DNA of 64,000 nt, from positions 352,001 to 416,000 of the forward strand of contig CAXXGJ010000038.1 in assembly GCA_963677895.2 (NCBI GenBank). The letters are read 5' to 3'. This document shows, one piece after another, positions 48,213 to 59,654 of the stretch (position 1 is its first letter; each line of letters begins with the position of its first letter). The notes under the pieces were generated by a model that ran no database searches, had not been told where the DNA came from, and worked only from the letters and a program-made list of their open reading frames with translations. This stretch comes from Treponemataceae bacterium (GTDB taxonomy: Bacteria > Spirochaetota > Spirochaetia > Treponematales > Rectinemataceae). Both the position numbers and the translations under genes were made by a program.

Positions 48213-49471
48213 CTATTTTTGTTCGAGACAGGCGATTCCGGGCAGGGTTTTGCCCTCGAGATACTCGAGGCTGGCGCCGCCGCCGGTGGAAACGTGGCTC
48301 ATCTTGGAGGCGAGGCCGAACTTGTTGACGGCGGCCACGGAGTCGCCGCCGCCTACCACGGTGAGGGCGCCGCGGCCCGTCGCCGTTGCGACCATTTTGC
48401 CACTTCTTCGGTACCCTTCGCGAAGGCGTCGAATTCGAAGACGCCCACGGGGCCGTTCCAGACTATGCTTTTCGCCTTCGAAAGAACCTCGCGGTACAAA
48501 GCGAGCGTCTTGGGGCCTACGTCGAGCCCCATGAGATCGTCGGCGATGTTCTCGCCGTCGACGTTCACGGGAGTCGCGTCGGGGGCGAAAGAGGCGGCGC
48601 AGATATGGTCGACGGGAAGGACGATCCTGACGCCGGCTTTAACCGCTTCGTCGAGAAGACTCTTCGCGGTCTCGAGGAAATCGTCCTCGACAAGACTCTT
48701 GCCGACCTTGAAGCCCTTAACCTTGAGGAAGGTGTAAGCCATGCCGCCGCCAATGATGAGGGCGCTGGCCGTCTTGAGCAGGCTCTGAAGCACCGCGATC
48801 TTCGAGGAAACCTTGGCGCCGCCGATGATGGCGACCATGGGCTGCGGGGGATTATGGAGCATGGGCTCGAGGTGGGCCACTTCTTTTTCCATGAGGAAAC
48901 CGCCGACGCTCACTTTGCTGAATTTGGCGATCGTGGCGGTGGAGGCATGAGCCCTGTGCGCCGAGCCAAAAGCGTCGTTGACGTAGACATCGCCGTAGGA
49001 AGCGAGCTCCTTGGCGAGGATTTCCTGTTTGGCGAGATCCTTGGAGGTCTCTTCTTTATGGAAGCGAGTGTTCTCCAGCATGACGATGGAACCGTCGGGC
49101 AAGGCGTCGATGGCGGCCTTCTGCCCCATGCAGGAGGGAAGGAAAAGGACCGGTTTGCCCAGCTTGGCGGAAAGATACTCGGCGACTGGCTTCATCCTAT
49201 GCTTTCCCGCGAGATACTTTTCGAGATCGAAAACTTTCCCGTCCTTCTCCGCCTTTTCCTTGGCCTTGGCGGCGTCCTTGTCGGGATCGCCAAGGTGGGA
49301 CATGAGGACGAGGCTTTTAACCCCCGCATCGAGAACGTATTTGATTGTGGGAATGGCCGCCGTGATGCGGGTATCGTCCTGCACCTTCCCCTCTTTCATG
49401 GGAACGTTGAAGTCGACGCGCATGATGACGCGCTTTCCGGCGAGCTTTATATCCTTGACGGTTTTGATCAT
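48213..49471 (-). CDS. pgk: Phosphoglycerate kinase, split by a 1-nt deletion near 48395 (probably an assembly error)
   Basis: RVDFNVP, LENTRF, GGAKV and WNGP are in one frame; VGGGDS and [11 protein letters not shown] are in another; A4 where GCA AAA ATG needs A5. Confidence 0.94.
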
Positions 49472-49556
49472 TTTTCAGGCTCCTTGCGGCGGCGCCCCAA
49501 ACCGCCCAGGAACCCCTGAGCGACCGCGGCGCCGCCGCCGCAACGAAAGCGAAACC

Positions 49557-50690
<1,134 letters not shown>

Positions 50691-50849
50691 CTATGGATAA
50701 ATTAATATCCATAATTGACCGGCTTCGTCAATACTATACGAAGAAATTTACAATTTTTAAAAATAAATATCCAGTAGTAGCCATAATAAGCTGCCTTGAG
50801 CCAAAATCCGGCCTTTCCCGCTCCGCCGCGGAAGCCTGTTCGTCCATAA

Positions 50850-50885
50850 TTGACCAAGCCGCGGCACTCGTATACCTTTATTGTC
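50850..50885 (+). promoter_or_regulatory. Sigma70-type promoter directly before the PBP1A ATG
   Basis: TTGACC-17-TACCTT-7-ATG(50886) with no SD. Confidence 0.6.
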
Positions 50886-53396
50886 ATGTCCAAGAGGTCA
50901 AAAAACGCTGCTCCTCTCTTCGTCTGGCTCTCGCTGGGCTTTGTCATCCTCCTGGGTGCGGGCTTCGGCGCGGCGCTGGGCGGTACCGTCAACACCATAC
51001 GGAACGAAAATTTCACCGAATTCAAATCGGCGCTTCCGACCAAACTTTACGATATAAAGGGAAGGCTCATCACCGAGTTCTTCTCCGAGGAAAAACGCAA
51101 TCCCGTATCGATAAGCGAGCTGCCTCCCCATCTCATCGGCGCATTCCTGACGCGCGAGGACAAGACCTTCTACTCGCACAGGGGCTTTACGCTCCGCTCG
51201 ATAGCGCGCGCCGCTTTCGGCAAATTGATAGGAAAAAACCTGGGCGGCGGCTCGACCATCAGCCAGCAGCTCGCCGGCGATCTCTACGACGACCGCAAAG
51301 ATATCTCTTTGCGCAGGAAACTCGTGGAACTCTGGTGGTCCCTGCAGATCGAACGCAGGTTCTCCAAGCCGGAAATCCTCGAAATGTACCTCAACAGGAC
51401 AATCATGGGGGCGGGAGGCCTCTACGGCGTGGATGCCGCGAGCCAGTATTTCTTCGGCCATCCGGCCAAAGAATGCACCCCCGCCGAATCGGCGATCATC
51501 GCGATCCAGCTCTCCGGCCCTACCCTCTACAACCCCTTCAAAAATCCCCAGAACGCGCAGGCCCGTTCGAAAGTGCTCCTGGAACAGATGGTGGAGAACA
51601 AGGTTCTCTCCAGAGCCGAGGCGGAGGCTTCCTTCAACCTCTACTGGGACAATTTCGATTACACGAGGATCGCCTCGTCGGCGTATTACAGCCGCGAGGA
51701 CAAAGCCCCCTGGTTCAGCGAGTATGTGAGGCGCCAGCTCGAGGAAGACCTCCTCTACGGCTCGGCCGATTTGTACTCCGACGGTCTGTCGGTCTACACC
51801 ACTCTCGATCTCGATCAGCAGGAAATAGCCGACGCTTACATGAAACGGGGCATAGAAAGGGCGAACGCCTCGTATAAACGGGCTTCGTCCCAGCGTCTCT
51901 CCAAAGCCGACGATATCTATACGCCCATCGTGGAACTGCTCGGCCTCTCTTTCAACCTCCATCCCCTCTTCGTCTCCGATTCCAAGAGCGAGGCTAAATC
52001 CTACGATTACTATACCTCGAGGATAAACCCCACCCTCGACGCGGTATCCCTCCTCTTCGGCATGCCCGACCTGAAGCTGCTGGCCAACTCCGGCACGGCC
52101 AGGATAAAGACCGACCTCGAAAAAACCATCGTGGAAGGTTCTCTGGTGACCATCGACAACACCACGGGGTATATAACGGCATTGATCGGCGGATCCAACT
52201 ACAGCACCGCCAACCAGCTCATCAGGGCGACGCAGTCCAATGTCATGCCCGGATCCACCTTCAAGCCCCTCTACTATTCGGCGGCCATCGATTCCAAGAA
52301 GATCACCGAAGGAAGCCTCATCTACGACACTCCAACCATCTTCTACAACGAGGACGGGACTCCCTACATTCCATTGAATTTCAAGGGCGAGTGGAAGGGC
52401 AACGTGCTGGCCTGGAACGCCCTGGCCCATTCCATGAACGTTCCCTCGGTCAAGGTGCTCGAGACGGTGGGCTTCGACGCCGCCATCCAGAGGGCTGCCG
52501 CCCTTCTCGGCATCACTGACCCCAAGGACATACAGAACACCTTCCCTCGGCTTTATCCGCTCGGGTTGGGCATCATCGGCGTCTCGCCGCTTCGCATGAC
52601 GAGGGCTTATTCGGTATTCGCCAACGGCGGCAAGGCGGTGGAACCCATCGCCATACGCTATGTGGAAGACCGGAACGGCAACGTGATCCTGGAGCCGGAA
52701 AAGGAGATGCGGGAAAGGCTACGCGAGAAAAGCGGCGCCCTCCAGGTCGTGAGTCCGCAGAACGCCGCCGTCATGACCGATATGCTCAAGCGCGTCGTCT
52801 GGTCGGGCACCCTCGCGGGCGCGACCAACTCCGGAAACTCCATGAAACAGAAGGACGAAAAGGGCGATTCGTATACGATCCCCCTCGCGGGCAAGACGGG
52901 CACGACGGTGAACTGGGCTGACGCGTGGACTGTTGGATTCAGCCCCTATTACACCACGGCGATCTGGTTTGGGTTCGACCGGCCCGGCAGCTCGCTGGGC
53001 GTCGAACAGACGGGCGCTACCATAGCCGCCCCGATATGGGCCGACTTCATGAGGGATATTCACAAGGGTTTGGCGTACAAGAATTTCCCCTCGCCCCAGA
53101 CCGGTCTTTCCAGCGTGACGGTCTGCGCCGTCTCGGGACTGCTTCCTACGCGATACTGCGACGAGGGTACGGTAAATCTTCTCTATCTGGACGGCACCCA
53201 GCCCATCAAGAGCTGCGATATCCACAAGGACAAGACCGAGAACGCCACGAATCTCTTCAATTTGATAACGGGAACCTCAACCACGGGAAGCGGCGACGGC
53301 TCTGCAGGAAACGACACGGCCCTTACGACGCCGGACAGCATGTTGACGCTGCCCGATCTCGACACGACGATCAAGATCGATTTGCCGTCGTTCTGA
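50886..53396 (+). CDS. Class A penicillin-binding protein (PBP1A family)
   Basis: Transglycosylase motifs EDKTFYSH, GGSTISQQL, RK..E; transpeptidase motifs STFK, SMN, KTG. Confidence 0.95.
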   Translation: MSKRSKNAAPLFVWLSLGFVILLGAGFGAALGGTVNTIRNENFTEFKSALPTKLYDIKGRLITEFFSEEKRNPVSISELPPHLIGAFLTREDKTFYSHRGFTLRSIARAAFGKLIGKNLGGGSTISQQLAGDLYDDRKDISLRRKLVELWWSLQIERRFSKPEILEMYLNRTIMGAGGLYGVDAASQYFFGHPAKECTPAESAIIAIQLSGPTLYNPFKNPQNAQARSKVLLEQMVENKVLSRAEAEASFNLYWDNFDYTRIASSAYYSREDKAPWFSEYVRRQLEEDLLYGSADLYSDGLSVYTTLDLDQQEIADAYMKRGIERANASYKRASSQRLSKADDIYTPIVELLGLSFNLHPLFVSDSKSEAKSYDYYTSRINPTLDAVSLLFGMPDLKLLANSGTARIKTDLEKTIVEGSLVTIDNTTGYITALIGGSNYSTANQLIRATQSNVMPGSTFKPLYYSAAIDSKKITEGSLIYDTPTIFYNEDGTPYIPLNFKGEWKGNVLAWNALAHSMNVPSVKVLETVGFDAAIQRAAALLGITDPKDIQNTFPRLYPLGLGIIGVSPLRMTRAYSVFANGGKAVEPIAIRYVEDRNGNVILEPEKEMRERLREKSGALQVVSPQNAAVMTDMLKRVVWSGTLAGATNSGNSMKQKDEKGDSYTIPLAGKTGTTVNWADAWTVGFSPYYTTAIWFGFDRPGSSLGVEQTGATIAAPIWADFMRDIHKGLAYKNFPSPQTGLSSVTVCAVSGLLPTRYCDEGTVNLLYLDGTQPIKSCDIHKDKTENATNLFNLITGTSTTGSGDGSAGNDTALTTPDSMLTLPDLDTTIKIDLPSF

Positions 53397-53892
53397 GAGC
53401 GCCGCGCCGGCTTGGAAGCGAGGACATAAGCAGCGAAGCCAGGAGCACTGCCAGCCCCGTCATCGCGGCGAGGATCTTGATCATCAGATCGGGAAGCCCG
53501 GTGGAAGAGCCCGCTCGAATGGGCTCATTATCCCGGCCGCGCGAAGGCTCGGCCGTCGCCTGCTGCGAAGAAGAGAAAATCACCATTCTCTCATCCTTGC
53601 GCAGATAGCCTATCGATCTCGCCTCCTGGGCGATTCGGTCCGAATTCGAAGCCAGGGCTTTGCGCAGATCCTGGAGCTTGGCGTTTTCCTCGTTCAGGAC
53701 GACGATTCTCTCGTTCATCTGTTGGATTCCCGATTTCATGTCCCTATAGGCTAACATTCCCGCCTGGCCGGCGAAGAATGAGACGATGCAGTATGTGATG
53801 ATGCAGGCGCAGAGAGCGTTCGACAAAGCGTCACCCAGAGCCGACAGGCCTCTGCCTGCCGGGTTGCGAAGTTGTGTTTCACCCATTATCAT
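53371..53892 (-). CDS. Septum formation initiator (FtsB/DivIC-like) protein
   Basis: TM helix, G..G, coiled coil, I...AR..GY....E; extra C-terminal TM helix. Confidence 0.7.
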   Translation of the reverse strand: MIMGETQLRNPAGRGLSALGDALSNALCACIITYCIVSFFAGQAGMLAYRDMKSGIQQMNERIVVLNEENAKLQDLRKALASNSDRIAQEARSIGYLRKDERMVIFSSSQQATAEPSRGRDNEPIRAGSSTGLPDLMIKILAAMTGLAVLLASLLMSSLPSRRGALRTTANRS

Positions 53893-54012
53893 GATTTACG
53901 GTACAAACGCTTAGCCGCTTTAATAATATTGACAGGCTGGCCCGACGGCTCTAGATTTGTCTTGTAAAGCCTTTCGTTCCTGATATAATAATTCCATAGG
54001 GGAGATTTCACA

Positions 54013-54642
54013 GTGGGACAACAAAGTCAGGCGCATAAATCCTCGACCATCGATGCGCGGGAGGAACTTTTGGACGACGGAGTCTTCCTCAGCCCGGAAG
54101 AGACTGATGCCATCCTCTCCTCGCTCGAAAAAATCGACCAGAAACTGCTTTGGAATCCGCCGGTTTCCGGCTCCGACGAGGAAGGCGTTTTCATAGCCCC
54201 AGAGGACATCGAAGGACAGAGCCGTCCCGAAGATGAGGAAGCGACAATGCCCGATGCCCCTTCACCGCTGCCTCCAGCCCGCGTCCAGGGAACGGCGCGC
54301 GGCGGAGAATCCCTTCAGTCCGACCTTCTCTCGAGAATCGCCGGCGAACTGAGATCCATAAAGCTGGAGCTCGGTACGCTGAAAAATACCTATGACGACA
54401 TGATCTCCAAGGCTTCTTCCATCTCCGCCGGCGCTCGGCCGGAGAAAATCGAAGGCGCCGAGGCCGAAGCGGAGAATTCCGGGCGGCCCCTGCCCCAGGA
54501 GACGATGGCCGATCTCAAAAAGCTGCTTGGCTATCTGGACAGACTCTTGGAATCCCTTCCCGAGGAAAAAATCGACGAATTTGCCCGGTCGGAGTACTTT
54601 GAGTTGTATAGAAAAATATTCGAATTCCTGGATCTCGTCTGA
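54013..54642 (+). CDS. Hypothetical acidic protein
   Basis: SD GGGGAG and GTG start; ordered helical C-terminus LLESLPEEKIDEFARS. Confidence 0.75.
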   Translation: MGQQSQAHKSSTIDAREELLDDGVFLSPEETDAILSSLEKIDQKLLWNPPVSGSDEEGVFIAPEDIEGQSRPEDEEATMPDAPSPLPPARVQGTARGGESLQSDLLSRIAGELRSIKLELGTLKNTYDDMISKASSISAGARPEKIEGAEAEAENSGRPLPQETMADLKKLLGYLDRLLESLPEEKIDEFARSEYFELYRKIFEFLDLV

Positions 54643-54694
54643 AAAATCCCTTTCTCCCCGACATTCTTCCCCATTGAGCCCGCCTTCCGGCTGT

Positions 54695-56386
54695 TCAATC
54701 GAGAAAAAATGTGGTGCCCGCGCCGAAACCATAGGTTGATTTCAGCCATTCATCGAGCATCCTGGCCTTTTTTTCGAACTCAAGCCCGTATTTTTCCATA
54801 TAGAGCGCGATGGGAGCTTCCAGCTCGGGGTGATTTTCGAGAAGTCGCTCGGGCAATGTCTTGGTAAAATATTCCCCGGCATTTTTAGGCGCCTGCTGGA
54901 GGAGATAGGCCTGGACCTCGTTGGCCATGAGGGAAGCCGAATTCGTGTCGTAGTTCATCCATCCGAAATAAAGAACCCAGAACCACTTCTCCTCCTTGGA
55001 CATGCCGTTCCAGAGGGAAACGCAGAAATTACGGTAGCTGGCGTCGGTGAAGTAAACGGCATGGGAGGATTCATGGGTGAGGAAACGATGGCGAAGATAG
55101 GAATCCGATTCCTGGGTTATCGAGATGATGGCGCCGTTCCGGCTTCCAAAGCCATTGCCCTTCTTCGTGAGGAGGCCTTTTTCGACAAGAAAATCCCTGA
55201 GACGAAGTTCTTCAGCGCTCAAGGGAAAATCGCTTTTCCCGGCGGCCGTAAAGAACTTGGCCAGGTCCTCGGCCTTGTAATCGTGGGCATTCCAGCCGTG
55301 GAGGGAGGCGATCTCCTCGTCCTTCGCCAGCCTGCCGACGAAACCTCTCTTTTCGACGAAGAAAGCTAGCCGTTTGAGGTAGGCGTCCTGGACCGCGTAA
55401 TCCCTGAAATCGAACATCAGGACATCGGGAAGGAGATCCCAGCGGTACCACGCGAAATCCTCCCTCTCCGAAAGAAGAGGCTGGAGCAGCACGACGCCGG
55501 GATCCACGCGGGAGACGATTTCCTGGGGAAGCGCCTCGATATAGGCTGCTTCCAGCTGGATTTCGTCGGGAACGAGGATAGTCATGCGGGCTTGGCTCGA
55601 AGCGTCGGCAAAAACCGATGAAGGAATGACGAATTCCTTCTTGGCGCTCGCGCCGTTGGCGACAATCTTCCTGCCGGCTTCTATGACGATGTCGGCATCG
55701 GCGCGCTTGGCGTACCTGATGACGAGGGCCGTCGACAGCCCCTTTTCCTTCTCCGCCGCGTCTTGGCCGGAGAAAGGAATTTCCAGCTCCCAAAGGTTCG
55801 CGGAGGCACCCTTGCGATCGATGGTTATGCCGTCGGAAATCCTGTAGCCGCCCCTGACCTTGCGTTCATACCCCCTGAAAGCCGGGAGGATGGATACGGA
55901 ATCCAACTCTACAAGAGGCGTATCTTCCTTCGCGTCCGCGGCGGGGTTTGCCGGGGCGGCCACGTTTACGGAAAGCATCCTCACCGCCGAGGCAGCCGGA
56001 ATACTGAGATAGAAAACCGTAGCGCCTGGCCTGGCCGCGAAACGGACTTCCTGTCCGGCATTTTTCGCGTCGGCTGAGAGGGAGAGACTCACGAGGATGT
56101 TTTCCTGCTTTACCGTCATGCTTACGGCTACCATGAACCCCCGACCAATCCGCAGAGGTTTCCGCAGGGTATAGGAATTTTTTGGCCTCGCCAGGCTGAA
56201 GGTGTTTTCCTCCCCCTTGGGAAAGTCCGCTTTCTGGGCGAAAGGTAGGTTCTCGCCCGAGGCGGATTTCCACGCGAAGGATGAAATCTCCGCGCTCGAG
56301 CAGGAATGGAGGAGAAAGGCAAAGGCAAAAACGGCGGCTATGTGGATGGATTTTGGGCGCCGATTGGCCAAAGGGAATATATTCAT
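54695..56386 (-). CDS. Putative lipoprotein with C-terminal HExxH domain
   Basis: Lipobox-like FLLHSC; THESSH at 55061-55078 with a downstream NE motif. Confidence 0.7.
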   Translation of the reverse strand: MNIFPLANRRPKSIHIAAVFAFAFLLHSCSSAEISSFAWKSASGENLPFAQKADFPKGEENTFSLARPKNSYTLRKPLRIGRGFMVAVSMTVKQENILVSLSLSADAKNAGQEVRFAARPGATVFYLSIPAASAVRMLSVNVAAPANPAADAKEDTPLVELDSVSILPAFRGYERKVRGGYRISDGITIDRKGASANLWELEIPFSGQDAAEKEKGLSTALVIRYAKRADADIVIEAGRKIVANGASAKKEFVIPSSVFADASSQARMTILVPDEIQLEAAYIEALPQEIVSRVDPGVVLLQPLLSEREDFAWYRWDLLPDVLMFDFRDYAVQDAYLKRLAFFVEKRGFVGRLAKDEEIASLHGWNAHDYKAEDLAKFFTAAGKSDFPLSAEELRLRDFLVEKGLLTKKGNGFGSRNGAIISITQESDSYLRHRFLTHESSHAVYFTDASYRNFCVSLWNGMSKEEKWFWVLYFGWMNYDTNSASLMANEVQAYLLQQAPKNAGEYFTKTLPERLLENHPELEAPIALYMEKYGLEFEKKARMLDEWLKSTYGFGAGTTFFLD

Positions 56387-56403
56387 GCTTCAGGCATCTC
56401 CAA

Positions 56404-57174
56404 TCAGCGCAGCGAAAGCACCGAACTGGCCAGCATCCTCGCAATCTCGAAACGCTTGCCTGGCGACATTTCGCACTCTTTCTGCAGCAGCGCCTCCCAG
56501 GTCGTCCAGAATCCTTCGGGGACTACGGGAAGCAGGCGCAGATGCTCTTCGATATCCCGGTGGGAAGGCTCGAACTGCTTGTTCACCATGAAAACGCTGG
56601 CCGCCGCATAGCGGAAGAAACCGGCTTCCGAGAGAATGAGGAAAAACTTATCGTCGGAAAAGGAGGCGGCGCCCATATCGGAGAGATAGTGCTCCATCTT
56701 GGAGCTGAAGCTGTCCCAGAGAGCTTCCCATGCTGTATCCGGAAAGTTCTCGAGATCGAGACGTATCTTGTCGATCCACCCCGTGGCGCTGAAGATAACC
56801 TTGTTGTTTTTAAGGCGGTAGAAGGGATAGGTACCCGAATTCTTGAGAAGCTTCAGATGATGGTCAGGCTGCGCTATCATCTTGTTCATCAGGCTTATGT
56901 CTTTGTACTCTATGCGGACGGGCATTTCCTGAAGGAAAAATCTGTCCTTCGTCATTCCCGCGGCCGTCTCGAAATCCCCGGGGTCGCCGAAGGCATCCCT
57001 TCGTTTTTCGGAAGAAGGCACGGGGCCGCTGCAATATACATCGATGACCAGGGCGAAGTAGGGATCATAAGCGAAAACTTCCGACCTGGGATCCATGGTG
57101 ATGCATTCGACGTTGCTCCACCCCGAAATGGTTTCCTTGAGAAAATTGGTCAGCGCTTCTACCTTGTGTTCCAT
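56404..57174 (-). CDS. Hypothetical protein, DUF4037/nucleotidyltransferase-like
   Basis: Long ORF with host-like codon use; helical C-terminus ...VFMVNKQFEP; family assignment tentative. Confidence 0.65.
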   Translation of the reverse strand: MEHKVEALTNFLKETISGWSNVECITMDPRSEVFAYDPYFALVIDVYCSGPVPSSEKRRDAFGDPGDFETAAGMTKDRFFLQEMPVRIEYKDISLMNKMIAQPDHHLKLLKNSGTYPFYRLKNNKVIFSATGWIDKIRLDLENFPDTAWEALWDSFSSKMEHYLSDMGAASFSDDKFFLILSEAGFFRYAAASVFMVNKQFEPSHRDIEEHLRLLPVVPEGFWTTWEALLQKECEMSPGKRFEIARMLASSVLSLR

Positions 57175-57252
57175 AGTCGTCCACCTTTACGATCTCTAGG
57201 CTAAAATAGTACCATAGAATTTCTGCAAGTTCCATCGATGAAAGGGAGAGGA

Positions 57253-57789
57253 ATGGCAATTTTCGCGATCGCGCTCGTGCCGGAAGGCAATATAATCCGC
57301 TCGATACGGGAAATACGCTCATTCGCCTTCAGATCCGGCGACAGTCCCGAAGCTTCGGCGCTGCCGGAAGCCATCTACCTCGGGTTTTATTCGAAAAAGG
57401 GTTCGGGAATAGCCGCGAGCGGCGTTAAATCGTTCAGGAATAATGCCCATTGCCTTTTCACCGATCTCCCTCCCCTCCTTCGTTTCTCATCCGCCGCCTT
57501 CGTCGACGGGAAATGGTATATAGTCCCGGAAACGCCTTTTTCCGGGGGAATCCTCGCGGCGGCCGATAGTATCGCCAGGGAAAATGGCCTCAGTCCCATG
57601 GATTCGCCGCCTCTTTCGCCGGGAAGAGGTTTTTTCGCGGGAAATAATGTTACGCCGCCCCCTTTCGGCGCATTTTCATTTCGGCACCTGGACGCATTGC
57701 TCTACAGGATAGAGAGCGACAGCCGGGATCTGGACCGGGCGTGGTGGACAACGCTTGCCCGGACATCGCGCCGGATCGGCGTCCGCTGA
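57253..57789 (+). CDS. Hypothetical protein
   Basis: ATG 57253 after GGAGAGG; fills the space before the barrel gene. Confidence 0.6.
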   Translation: MAIFAIALVPEGNIIRSIREIRSFAFRSGDSPEASALPEAIYLGFYSKKGSGIAASGVKSFRNNAHCLFTDLPPLLRFSSAAFVDGKWYIVPETPFSGGILAAADSIARENGLSPMDSPPLSPGRGFFAGNNVTPPPFGAFSFRHLDALLYRIESDSRDLDRAWWTTLARTSRRIGVR

Positions 57790-57898
57790 TACCGGTGCGC
57801 ACTTATGCCGCGCGCCGTGGTGAAGACAAAGCCTTCCGTGCTATAGTGCCGCATCAGGCTCTCGCATTGTTTGCCGTTCCGATGTTTGTGGAGGAAAG

Positions 57899-58501
57899 AT
57901 GAAACGAAAGATTGCCGCTGTCGGTCTGCTCACGCTTCTTGTCGCCTTGCCCCTTTTCGCGCAGGGTGGCGGTGAAAACCAGGATTATTTTGGAGGCCTG
58001 CACAGAAAAGGCAGCCAGATCATATCGCTCACCACAGGCGCCGGAGTACCGCTTTTCATACTCCCCGCCGACGCTCTCGCGACGGAAACCACGCCGTTGG
58101 GCGTGGGCGCCTCATTCAGCCTGGGATATCAGTATTTTGTGGCCAATAGGTTCACCATCGGAGGCTCGCTCTGCGGAGCCTTCAACACCACGGTGGGCGG
58201 GCGGACGCTTTTCGTGGCGCCGGTCGCCTTCAGGCTAGGTTACTGGTGGGGCAAGGAACCGATGGAATACACGGTGGGACTGGATGTCGGAGCCACCGTC
58301 CTCAGACTGTCGGGGGATGGCACGATCAGCCCCTTCGCGAAACTCGGAGGCGGCGTTTTCACCCAGGTAAGCGAGGCATGGAGCCTTGGTGGGCAAGTGT
58401 TCTGGTGGCTGATCCCCGAACTGCACTTCGGCGTCCACAGCGACCTCACCAGATATGCCAACTTCCTCGAAATCTCCGTCGGCGCCGTCTACCACTTCTA
58501 G
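57899..58501 (+). CDS. Small outer-membrane beta-barrel (TP0733/OmpW-like)
   Basis: Signal peptide, about 8 amphipathic strands, terminal ISVGAVYHF. Confidence 0.8.
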   Translation: MKRKIAAVGLLTLLVALPLFAQGGGENQDYFGGLHRKGSQIISLTTGAGVPLFILPADALATETTPLGVGASFSLGYQYFVANRFTIGGSLCGAFNTTVGGRTLFVAPVAFRLGYWWGKEPMEYTVGLDVGATVLRLSGDGTISPFAKLGGGVFTQVSEAWSLGGQVFWWLIPELHFGVHSDLTRYANFLEISVGAVYHF

Positions 58502-58512
58502 GAGCGAGAACA

Positions 58513-59652
58513 ATGAAAATTAAACAACTGAACGTTGCGTTTCTGACAATTCTCGCCGTCGCTGCAAGCGTCGCCTTCGCGGCCTGCGACAACAGTTTCG
58601 GCGTCTTTCATGAGATCCAGACCGAGAAAGCCCAGGTGGGCACGGACGTATTCAAGAATGTCACCGTCAAGGCCCTGGCCGAGGACGGCAGCAATTACTA
58701 CGCGGCGATGGCCAAGGTTTTCTATCAGCCGACCGGTGGTGGCACATGGACCGTCCTCTCCGTGAACGGCGACACCGACTATTACTGCGTGGGGCTCGCC
58801 TCGGATGGCGCGGGAACCCTCTACGTGGCGACCGCCGACAAATCCACGACGGCCCTCAAGGGAATCTACTCCACCGCCAATTCGGGCTCCAGCTGGACCA
58901 AGATGGACAGCGGCGAATTCGCGGCGAAGATCGTTGATTCTCTTTTTTACGCCAACGGAACGCTTTTCGCGGCCGCCCATACCGATACGGAATCGAGCGA
59001 TACCTATTACCTCTACTATTGGGACACTGTGACCTCCAGTTTTCTGGCCGCTACATTTCCAAGCGCCCTCGATACCTCCATAACAGGGTTGGTCTATGGC
59101 GGCTCCGCGTATTGGGCCATGACATCGGGTATGCTCTATACGAGTACGGGGTCACCATTCACTTTTGCCTCAGACGGCACGGGCGGCACGCCTTCTTCGG
59201 CCAAGACACTCTGCGGTATCGCCGCGGATTCATCGGCCAATGTCCTTGTGACGACTACCGACGGCTATCTCTACACCTACGCTTCCTCAGCGTGGTCTTC
59301 CGATCTCCTCGCTTCCAGCGTGACACTGGGCGTCCTCGCCGAAGTTCCCATCGACGATGCGGCCAGCGCCTACCGCCTCCTCGTGGCCAAGCATAATTCC
59401 GGATACGGCTACTATGAATATGATGCCGTCACGAAGGCCGACCCAATCGCCGGAAACAACGCCGACGCCATTTTCGCGCCCACCGCGAGTTCTTACACGA
59501 CGACCATCTACACGAAGCCGGTCATGGCCTTTCACTATTCCGCGACGAACAAGACCCTTCTGATAGGGCTAGCCGCCCAGAGCACGGATACCTACGCGCT
59601 CTATTCCAATACGGTGAGCGGAAGCACCTGGTCCGGCTGGACCGCGGAATAG
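58513..59652 (+). CDS. Lipoprotein, beta-rich (propeller-like)
   Basis: ATG 58513 after AGGAG; lipobox FAAC; Ser/Thr-rich with BNR-like STANSGSSW. Confidence 0.8.
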   Translation: MKIKQLNVAFLTILAVAASVAFAACDNSFGVFHEIQTEKAQVGTDVFKNVTVKALAEDGSNYYAAMAKVFYQPTGGGTWTVLSVNGDTDYYCVGLASDGAGTLYVATADKSTTALKGIYSTANSGSSWTKMDSGEFAAKIVDSLFYANGTLFAAAHTDTESSDTYYLYYWDTVTSSFLAATFPSALDTSITGLVYGGSAYWAMTSGMLYTSTGSPFTFASDGTGGTPSSAKTLCGIAADSSANVLVTTTDGYLYTYASSAWSSDLLASSVTLGVLAEVPIDDAASAYRLLVAKHNSGYGYYEYDAVTKADPIAGNNADAIFAPTASSYTTTIYTKPVMAFHYSATNKTLLIGLAAQSTDTYALYSNTVSGSTWSGWTAE

Positions 59653-59654
59653 AC

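Noticed and set aside
46490..49471. Thermotoga-style programmed Pgk-Tpi fusion frameshift
   Set aside because: The shifts are internal to each gene, and a terminator and cysE separate pgk from tpiA.
53887..53926. Leaderless promoter for the FtsB-like gene (TACCGT-5-ATG)
   Set aside because: The spacing is short and there is no convincing -35, so it was left out of the leaderless set.
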